A stretch of 60,547 nucleotides of DNA, counting the filler, from Sluysia triapertura (taxonomy: Eukaryota): NCBI GenBank assembly GCA_046118255.1. It is 5 parts of 5 records of this genome, joined end to end, with 100 filler letters (N's around TTAATTAATTAA, not from the genome) between each part and the next. Parts side by side here need not be neighbours in the genome. Positions count along the whole stretch, not along the records: positions 47,838 to 60,547 come from JBJNIA010088020.1; 4 more parts are not named here. One strand, 5' to 3'. Of the stretch, positions 50,901 through 60,547 are shown piece by piece. The notes below the pieces were generated by a model. That model searched no databases. It saw only the letters and a program-made list of their open reading frames with translations, and was not told the DNA's origin. Made by a program: the position numbers and the translations under genes. The first letter of the stretch is position 1; the number at the start of each line of letters is the position of its first letter.

Positions 50901-52845
50901 AATAAGTAAAACATAAAAAGTTAACTAATCAAGCAAGAGTTGTGTACTTTTGAATCAGATCATCGTAGACTCGATTAAGTTGAACGTAACATGAACTGAA
51001 TGAACACAAAATCCCCAAAAATATGTTCAACTTTTCTAAGCTTGAATCAATTATAAAAATATTAAATTTACGGGTTCGCCTGTGATACACGGTTTATATT
51101 ACGCGAAAAACGTGCTCACAGGATTTTTGGTGACAAGTGCTACGCAAAAGAGTTCCTTATTACTTCAGTGCAACTTCTTAGTTGTTACTATACTTACTAC
51201 TTCAGTATATTTTAACAGATCTTAACGTAATGAACTTTTCGAGCTTTTACAAAAGTACTTAAGAATTATTCGATTAAAGTCTACAATTTAACTATGAAAT
51301 TATTTACTTAAAATTACCACTTTGTAACTAAAGAAAATTTCTGAAACAAATATACATGTATTCTTTAAAATACAAACAGTATAAATTATACAATAGTTAT
51401 AAAAATATACGTTTATAAACATAAAAATTCAGGATTTCTCCTGGATAAAACAAACTTTAGATTTTGAGTTTTTGAAATAAATTAATGATTTTAAGTGGAT
51501 TTTAAGGCAAGTTATTTATGCCTTAACCATACAAAAATTAACATACTTATTCATGGAAACGAGTAGTTTTGAGCAGTTATTAAATGCCGAATATATTTGT
51601 CGACAATTTGTTTCACAGAAGAATTTGTCAGTGTAATAAATAATAATAATTATAATAAACTAAATTATAATAATTGTATAAAATAATAATTCTGATTATA
51701 ATAGCAATAGTTAATAATATTATTTTGTAAAAAAAAGCATGAAAATATAGTTCTACATTTTATTTTAATTGTGAAAAAAGTGGTGCTGTATTTATTTTAT
51801 AGAAAAAATAATAAAAAATTAATTGTTCGCACATTTGTCAAGAAAATAATTTTAAGAGACAATTTTTTGCGTCAATGACTACATAAATGATAAATTGGAA
51901 ACATATCATGTTAAATATAATACAAAGAAAACTTTTATCTTCGACGTGTGCATACATCATAGTGCGCAAATCGTATTATTTCAATTTTAATTATTTAAAG
52001 CTAAGTTAGTTTAAATTTTAAGATATGTTGATTAATCAAGATTAAAATCCGATTAAGTATCTTATTAATTTTCTGGTAATTTAATATATTACAATCAATT
52101 ATCGATATTGTATTAAATTGATACTTAATATTGTATGTATTTATACTTTGTCTAAGCTTGTACAGTTAGTTTTATTTTATTTGTTATGAATAACTTTTTA
52201 TATGCATATGTCTAAATAAAAGTTTTATAATGATACTCAAAAAATTTCTAAAAAAAATAAAATAAAACTAATTTGATGATTTTTAATACATAAATTGAAA
52301 CTAATAAAAGAATTATATGGCCCTCTCTATTAACAAACCAACTTTTTAAATTTTACTGATATGCCTATGGCATTATAATTCATATGCTGTAGATAGATTT
52401 ATATGTCATGTGATAAATTACGAATCTCACTGTCATATTTTTTAAAATTATATCATATTCAGCTAAATAAATGTCTTGATTTATTAACCCTTCACGTACT
52501 TTAATCGACATCATCGACCCAATCAAATGCACCATATGAAACAGACGAAACTGCTTTTTCGATTATTTATTCAGTATTGCCTATAATTGAGCTTTTTTAG
52601 GTATTTAAAATTTCCTGTATAAATTATTTTAAAATTTAACGATTGCAGGAATTATTTCTATAGAATTTAATTATCATATTCTACCAGTCTTTTCGATCCT
52701 GGCAATTACTAGCATTTTGACATACACTTTACTTCACACATTTCCGTGTGAATGTGTGAATTAATCACACTTATTAATATGTTACTAAACATTGTGATTT
52801 GTCATTGTGGACAAGGAAATTACTTTTGATCAGAAAACAATATGG

Positions 52846-52847
<2 letters not shown>

Positions 52848-52925
<78 letters not shown>
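52848..52925. repeat. (AAT)n microsatellite
   Basis: Pure triplet run. Confidence 0.95.
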
Positions 52926-54258
52926 TCATTTGATAAAAAATATATTACAGAAACTTCATCTTAATGTTACAATTATCGCGACTGATATTTTTCTTCGAAT
53001 TTTCTTGGAAGCTTCCAAGAGTGATTTCTAGTTTTATTAATAGACAATAATAATAAAACCTTAATTTCAAATTCTGTAGCTAGTAATCATGCACATTCGT
53101 TATAAAAATATTTACATTTTACAAACATTTAATATCAATTCATTCTGCCGTGGTTACTAAATAAATTAACTGCCTCATTCAGTGCATGGTGACATAATGT
53201 TATTTGGCTAGAATTAATTTGGTAGTGTACATTCAAATTTTAATTAGTAAAGATTAATTTAGATGGAAGTGTTCGTTTTAGATTACTTCTCAAAAATTTA
53301 TAAGACATCATATTCATTCTTTTTTGCGTAAAACAAAGAAGAGAAAGTTTTGTAACAGAGATTAGAATGTTTAGAAATGTAATAGATTGGAAATCTGATG
53401 AATTCTTGGTTTATGTTTATAGGTAGAAAAAATAAATAAAGTGATACATCAAGACCAGAATATTACAGAATTGATGATTCATTTTATGTACAGTAAATTC
53501 TCGCGAGATTTGCTGAAGTTTTACGTGATGCATAATAAAGTTAATATTTTAATAGTCCAATCTAAGAAAGTTGTTTCTAACAAGAATTTAATAGTCAAAT
53601 ATTACAGTTACCTATTTTGATGTCCAGATAATTACAGTGATTTTTCAACCATTTATTTGTACACTTGTTGCAGATTTTAAGGGTTTTGTCAAAATTTCGC
53701 TCTTACCACAACTTTATTTCATAAAATGTTTTTAAATTTTTTAATAAATATTTATTTATTCGGATTTATATTCTAGTTGAAGGAAATGGTCATATTTTTG
53801 TCAAGGTTGGAACCTGAAAACGAAATATAATAATAGTAATAACAATAATGATTGAAAATAAATATATTTTGTTTAAGTGCTGACACATTTTTTATTATTA
53901 TTTTGTATGACACAAGACCGTATTTTATTACTTAATGATTTATTTAAGGTGGGAAGCCTTTTAAGAAAATATTTGTATAAACAGTAATTGTAGGCCATCA
54001 GAAAACGTAATTAGCAATTTTAAAAATAAGCAATAAACTTACGAATTTAAAGGAAGTACATCAAATTAATTTGGTGAAGTAAATTAATTTAAAATCAATT
54101 TATGTTATTGGTCACAATTTTGAGAGGTTACATAGAATAGTGCAGATTTGGATAACCTATATTAATTAACAGTTCGATAACCTGGTAATTCGGTGATTTG
54201 AAATATAGCACACTGTAAAGAAATTGATACGTCGAATCGAATCTCATAATTTTTGTAC

Positions 54259-55614
54259 GATTTGAATTTTGCAATTTTAATTTTTTACAGAAAAAACTTA
54301 TTAAATTGTTACTTAAAAATTATTAAAATTACTTAAAAAATTTAATTACTTAATAAATTACTTTCAAATAATTATTTAATAATTTTATCATTATAAAATT
54401 AAAAGAAATGTATATCAAAAATCATAAAATTAAAAATATAATACATTTATTATGTACAATTAATAACAAATACTGTATGAAAAATAATCACTGTCATATG
54501 CCACGAATTTTTTTATAAGTTAATTTCTTATAAGTTTTCCATGATTAAGCAAGGCTAAAATAGAAATAATTTTTAATAACACGTTGAAAGTTGTCTTAAG
54601 CTACGAAAAAATCATCAATTTAAAATCATTTTTATAAAGTTTTACTTTTATACTAATATAATAATTTATAGTTTTCTATATTATAATTTTTATAATTTTA
54701 TCTAACTACTGTTTCGTTTGTAATATTGGTTCATTTGTACGTACACTGAATTTTTTAAATATATTTATTGGTGTAGTATTTGCATTTATTTAGTTTAATA
54801 TTATCGCAGTTCAAAAATCATAAAAAGATCAAGTGTATATTAGTCTGCAATAGTAAGAAATATTGCTCTAGTAAACCTTTGTAATTAAAGAATTTAATTT
54901 AAAAATAAATTAAAAAATAAATTAAAACAAAGAATTACAAATTTTAAGTCAAATAAATTACTATAAAAGATAATTAATTAAAGTACAAATTATCCTCAAA
55001 TGTGTGACATTTACACTATACTTCAGTAGAAGATCCTAAACACTTAAACTATTCCATGGGAAAGAATTATATCAGATTAGAGCTAAGAAATAAACCAAAT
55101 TAATAATTTATCGGATTTCAACCACGAACTGCAGGCGAACCCAATATATATTAAATATTTTGCAATTAATTGAGAAAAAATAACCTATCCGAAAATAATT
55201 AATTTTCAAACATGCAGCATTTAATATCTTTGGATAATTTACATAAAAGTTTAATAGTATAACTACAAGAAAATGTATTAGGATAGAATTGATAAAAAGA
55301 TAAAAAGATATAATACCTACTTTATACCACTAAAAAAAGTAAAGTGGCACTTGGTAGATACGGTGACAAAAAGTGCTTATAATAAAAAAATTCGTGGCAT
55401 ATAACAGTGATTATTTTTTATACAGTATTTGTTATTAATTGTACAAAATAAATGTATTATATTTTTAATTTTATAATTTTTGATGTACATTTCTTTTAAT
55501 TTTATAATGATAAAATTATTAGATAATTATTTGAAAGTAATTTATTAAGTAATAATTTTAAAGTAATTTAATAATTTTTCCTATAAAAAATTAAAATTGC
55601 AAAATTCAAATCAT
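54259..55614. mobile_element. Non-coding element with ~250-bp inverted repeats (MULE/foldback-like)
   Basis: 54259-54519 is the near reverse complement of 55376-55614 (e.g. AATCACTGTCATATGCCACGAATTTTTT vs AAAAAATTCGTGGCATATAACAGTGATT). Confidence 0.75.
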
Positions 55615-55992
55615 AAAGTTGTAAATTTTCAGTCACTCCCACATTCACAGTGGCATCTTTTTCGAGTAAAACTATGAAATTTTCTTTTAACTTCATAAGA
55701 CCTTACACACAAATAACCAGTTCAATATTTACAGACATTTTCTTACCTGACACATCGTTTTACGTATAAACGTACTTGTAGTAACACTGTTTTATGTATT
55801 TTGCTTCAATAAACAGCCATTAGATATCGGTTAACTGGTATTGTGTTTTAAGCACCTAAAGTTATTATATTAATTTTTATTATAAAATGTATACTAAAAT
55901 ATAAAATTGCGAATTAGTTAGTTAATTTTATATTGTTAATAAATATTCTTAATTTCCGAATTTAATTAATAAAACATTTTCATATAAATTAC

Positions 55993-56115
55993 CATAAATT
56001 TCATATTTCCAGTTCCTGACGCTTCAGTACCAGCAGTTGATATTTGTTGCGACAATTCACTGGCTGGAAATATCTTTTCTGCTAATGATACTCGATAATT
56101 TTCCAAGAAAAAGCA
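55993..56115 (-). CDS. PYG: Glycogen phosphorylase exon containing the PLP-binding lysine
   Basis: TAG|[41 protein letters not shown]|GT. Confidence 0.95.
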
Positions 56116-56161
56116 CTAAATAATTAAGTCATTAATTATTTGAAGCATCTGTAAAAATGGC

Positions 56162-56164
56162 ATA

Positions 56165-56230
<66 letters not shown>
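56162..56230. repeat. (AAT)n microsatellite in a PYG intron
   Basis: Triplet run. Confidence 0.95.
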
Positions 56231-56231
<1 letters not shown>

Positions 56232-56904
56232 CGATCAAAATGAAAAGTATAGTGTGTGTACTTAGTAAATAATAATAATAGTCTATTAAATAATCTACTA
56301 TGTGCAACTAAAAATTATAAAATTAGAATGTACTTATGTTAAATTGGTAATTAAAGCAGAATTGACTGCAGATAAACGATGGAGAAATTATTGTAGGATA
56401 AGTTATTACCAAAGTCTAATAGTAGAAAAATTGCTAAAATAGAAATGAGTGTTTACTGTAAAGACAGCAAAGAAAACAAAATTTATAAATCTTGATTTCG
56501 AAAGCTAACTGAATAAAGAAGAAGATAATTAGCTAGTAAATTTGATATCCAAGAAACTATTTTTTTATATCATAAATAAACTAATAATGCAATTCTAAAA
56601 GAATATTCTATAATAAATTAATTAAAACAACTTTTTAATTTAGTCAACATTTGTTTTTCAACTGTTATAACAAATTCACATTTAAAATATTTATTCATAT
56701 TTTAAACTTCAAACACGAATAATGATATTTAATTACATTCAATTGAAAGTTTATATTTTTTTGTTTTAGATTAACTGATATTTTAAATTCTTATAGATTC
56801 TTTCAATTTACATAATAATAAACATAATATAATTTATTATTTTAACTGAATTTTCTAATTTTAAAAAATGTTCTTTATACATTGCTAAATAATATATTAC
56901 TAAC

Positions 56905-57129
56905 ATTTAATTTCTTCTTAACAATTGGATCGTTATTAATGACTTTACCAACTGCATTTATCAATTTTATTGTTAATCTGGCAATGTAATAACCAGGTGC
57001 TGCTTTACCTCCTATCATCACTGTTCTGGCCGGTATATCTATTTTGGGATCTGATTTAATTCTATTGTACAAAACAATAACATAAAGAATATTCATTAAC
57101 TGACGTTTATATTCATGAATTCTTTTTAC
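56905..57129 (-). CDS. PYG: Glycogen phosphorylase exon
   Basis: CAG|[25 protein letters not shown]...[13 protein letters not shown]...[12 protein letters not shown]|GTTAGT. Confidence 0.96.
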
Positions 57130-58499
57130 CTGTTTTAATATAATAAAAGTTATTAGATTTATGAATAAATTTTTATTTTAAAATCTACAAAAATTAGGCG
57201 TTAAAACGAATAGCTATTTGTCAAGGTTCAAACTAAATTCAAACAAAAAAAATCAATTTACAATCAATTATTATTGGTCAAATGTCAATTTACTTGATTT
57301 ATTATTAATATAAATTATTGATTATTTGATGTTTATTGATTAATTTTAATTATTACGATTTTATTATTATTGGATTCTTTTAATAATTTTATCACTGTAA
57401 GTTTATTTTATTTTAATTATTAACTTTTAATAATTTTGCTTAAAAAAGTAAAAAATTTTTTTCTAATTATGTGCTTAAAAAATTGAAATTTAAATAATTT
57501 TGTTTAAATAACCTTCAAGGTTAATGTGCGAAAGTGTATAAATACTAAATTTAAAATTAATTTTACTTAATTTATAAATTTAGATATAAATTTATAATAT
57601 TTACAGTACTTAATATATTGTACTTTCACTGATACTCCATTTTATAAGAATTTCTCCTTATAGTCAATTTCGATTATACGATCAATTTTTTTCTATAGTT
57701 AAAATAATACAAATGATTTTAATATGTATTATCATGATAATGTGGAAATATTATTTGTTTATTCTTTGTTTATTTATTTAATTGCCTGTATTTAATATTA
57801 TTCGTTTTTTTCACTTCTATTTTAATAAAAAGCTGTGCTTTTCGTTCTTGCTATGGATACATTTAAGCAGTAGTTTTATTTACCTGTTATTTAAGTGTGG
57901 CAAGTTTTATTTTGTATGAATTTTTTTCTGATTTGAGAACTTTTAAAGTTGGGAAAATGTTTATATTTTATTTCATTAAGATTTATAAAATTATATATTT
58001 GTAATTATTAATAAATTTAATCTTTAAATTAGAGTGAATACGATTTGAGAATTTACAAAAATATAAACTGATGTTTGTAGTTCGAATTTCAATTATTAGT
58101 TAAATATGTTTCATTAAGTATTTTAATTGTTATTGTTTTGGTTAAATTTCAAATTCTATTTCTAAGAATTATTCGTTAATAATTTAAGTCAACCACATTT
58201 CTTGGAAAATAAAATGTATAGTAATAGTAATTTTTTTAATATTGCTTTGTGTTTATTTAACTTCAATCAGATTATCTTCAAATGACAAAGAAAATTTAAG
58301 ATAAAGTAAAGGAAATGAAAGAAAAGATGTAAAGTTTTACTTTTTCATCATCCAATTGCCTAGTGTGCAAATGTTTTTATTCTTCGAGACTTCTGAGACT
58401 TGATTCAGTCTTTAATTAGCTTTAAAATCAAAGATGTCGGGCTAGTCAAAGTATTTTTTGATTAATTTATTAGTAGAATAATATTCCTTTCTAGAAACA

Positions 58500-59835
58500 C
58501 TTACAATCTTATGAACGTCATTGGTGATTCTATTTCTTGTCCTTACTTATAAAAATTCTTGAATTCTAGTATTTTCTTTAAGATTTTTATTTTCAAATTC
58601 AAGTATTCGTGCTTTAGAAACTAATTCATTGGTCCATTTAGCATGACTGTTGCTGAAGTTGTTATTTCATTCCAAGCAAGTGTTAGAAAAATAATTACTT
58701 CCTTTAGAGTTAATTTTTAGTAATATTCAAATGTAGATTCTCCATATTCTATTTTTCAATTATGTTATTTAATTTCTTACTAGTAAAAATTGTTTTAAAA
58801 CATTTAATAATACTTTTATCAAGTGGTTGTAATGAGCTGGTTGAATTGGGAGATACAAATACCATACCAATATTTTGAAGTTTACTTGTTTTTTATGAGC
58901 TGTGCAGTTATCTATGATCAACAGAACCTTTTTTGCAATTTAATCAGTTTGAAATCCTAATCCAGTGACCATTTATTGGTCATTCACGCATTTGAAGAAC
59001 TGTAGTTAACCAAAGAAGAAAATGAGAAACCTTTGAAACACCTTGGTTTAGAAAATTTACCTATAACAACAGGTTTTAATTTATGACTTCCTGTCATATT
59101 TACGCAAAATAAGTATTTGATAACAATTCCTAACATTTTTACATACTGATTTAGACGGAATAAGTTTGAAAAAGATGCCTGTTTCATCAGCATTATAAAC
59201 ATTTTCAGGTCCATATTTTTCAATTTTCGATTTAAGTTCATTTAAAAAATGGTTGATATGGCATGCGATTCACCGTGTAGATTTCTTAACTTCAACAAAT
59301 TTCTTTCATTAAAACTTCTTAACCACCCACTTGAGAATTTAAAATTTTGTATGTCATTTAAATAAGTTATTTGAACTGCATTTTCTTTTATTATATTAAA
59401 CGTAATGAAAGCACTTCTTTCTTCAAATCCATGCAGACAATTCTTTGTCTAAAACTGAAATTTGCCAACCACTTTTGTGTACATTTTTGAATCAAAAAGT
59501 CCTTGTTTCTTCTGATATCATTGATAGTTCTTCTTGAAAGTTATTTTTTAAATTTACCTGTGGAAACCTCTGTTACTCTGTTATCTGACTATACAGGATA
59601 AGATTCAATGTACTTCAAAGTTTCAATTTTCGTTTTACCATAAATAAGGTCCAATGAAAAATTGTTCATAAACAATTAATATTAAAACAACGTTATCATG
59701 TCAAAAATAAAAATAAATCATTCAAATATTTTTAAAAAAATGTGGCTATTAACAGAACTAGCGGCTAGGAGTTTTCTATTATAATTTTTAAACTTCCTAA
59801 AAATTTGGCGGTTAGGAAGAGGAATACTATGTATA
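58500..59835 (-). mobile_element. pogo/Tigger (DDE_1) transposon relic in a PYG intron
   Basis: FKFSSGWL, YNADETG, CVNMTGSHKLKPVVIGKFSKPRCFK, LLIIDNCTAH and PNSTSSLQPLD motifs with frameshifts. Confidence 0.88.
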
Positions 59836-59944
59836 TAAATTTAATATAAATTTTTAAAAGTAATTAAATGAAACAAAATTGGAATTATTAAGTTGGAATT
59901 ATTAACAATTCAAAAAGCATATATAAAACATCATTAATTTTAAC

Positions 59945-60242
59945 CTGAAAATCGAACATACTATTTGGATTAATAGTAACTTTGTATTTTTGTTTCATAT
60001 AAGTAACAAATTTTTGCTTATTTTCTTGTTTCACTTGTAAAAATTGTTTCATTACTTCTTTATCATCAGCTCTTTCTTTTAATTTTTGTAATTCACTTAA
60101 ATTGGTTATCCAATTCGTTCCAATGAGTTTTGAAATATATTCACTTAAATTTGGATTACTTTGTAATAACCAACGCCGCGGAGTAATACCATTAGTTTTA
60201 TTTTGAAATTTGAAAGGCCACAATTCATAAAAATCTTTGAAT
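59945..60242 (-). CDS. PYG: Glycogen phosphorylase exon
   Basis: TAG|A-FKDFYELWPFKFQNKTNGITPRRWLL...VKQENK...INPNSMFDFQ|GT; splices in phase to 57129. Confidence 0.96.
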
Positions 60243-60547
60243 CTAAATTCAACAATTAAAAATATATTTATCAGGGGAATAAAACAGTCTCAAATATAAC
60301 TATTCATGCTATATTTAAAGTTTTGTTTATAAAAGAAAATCATTATAAAAAGCGTAACATAAAAATGTATTTTCTAGGTACAAGAAGTTGTTAAATATGA
60401 AATATTGAAAGTTTTAGTTTATCGTAAACAATTTAGTAAAAATATTATGAATTATTATGAATATTATGAATTCTTATGAATTATAAACCTACGGCAAAAT
60501 AAAATTGAGCAGGGTCCGGCTATAGTAAGCGTCTTACAACTAATAGT

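Noticed and set aside
50390-55060. Hammerhead ribozyme / Penelope ends
   Set aside because: Scattered CTGAAG/GAAA-like words, but no complete core with pairing stems could be built by eye.
56116-56307. Poly-Tyr ORF (and poly-Ile in 36801-37001)
   Set aside because: Translation of intronic (AAT)n microsatellites.

Overview
Very AT-rich (estimated by eye at roughly 75-80%) metazoan genomic DNA with spliceosomal introns. It is not one locus: five segments of about 11-13 kb (1-11237, 11338-24082, 24183-35981, 36082-47737, 47838-60547) are joined by identical artificial 100-bp linkers (44N-TTAATTAATTAA-44N), and there are three ordinary N gaps. The source is probably an AT-rich invertebrate with a fragmented assembly; an orthonectid such as Intoshia is a guess only. 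Recognisable host exons: a STAR/Quaking KH protein, glycogen phosphorylase (four exons in two segments), a HELZ2-like RNB protein, dynein light intermediate chain, and a few unidentified exons. The rest is decayed transposons (Tc1/mariner, pogo/Tigger, hAT and hAT MITEs, Merlin, piggyBac, MULE-like, L2 LINE) and (AAT)n arrays. The main unexplained signal is a family of elements seen five times that share a terminal motif TGTGNTGGCCAACC-like and a G-poor, C/A-rich arm. In the three best-preserved copies the arm is followed by an AT spacer, a palindromic regulatory module (CTGTC-N6/7-GACAG in all three; ATTGG-ACGT-CCAAT in two) and an intronless, decayed regulator gene. Two copies carry homologous, unusually spaced CCCH zinc-finger genes, one carries an RBMS/shep-like tandem RRM gene, and a fourth copy lies upstream of a SET/NAP histone-chaperone copy. 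Intronless THOC2, F-box and RING relics also occur. This looks like a gene-capturing (Pack-type) mobile element system, but its second end and mobilising enzyme are not visible in the window.
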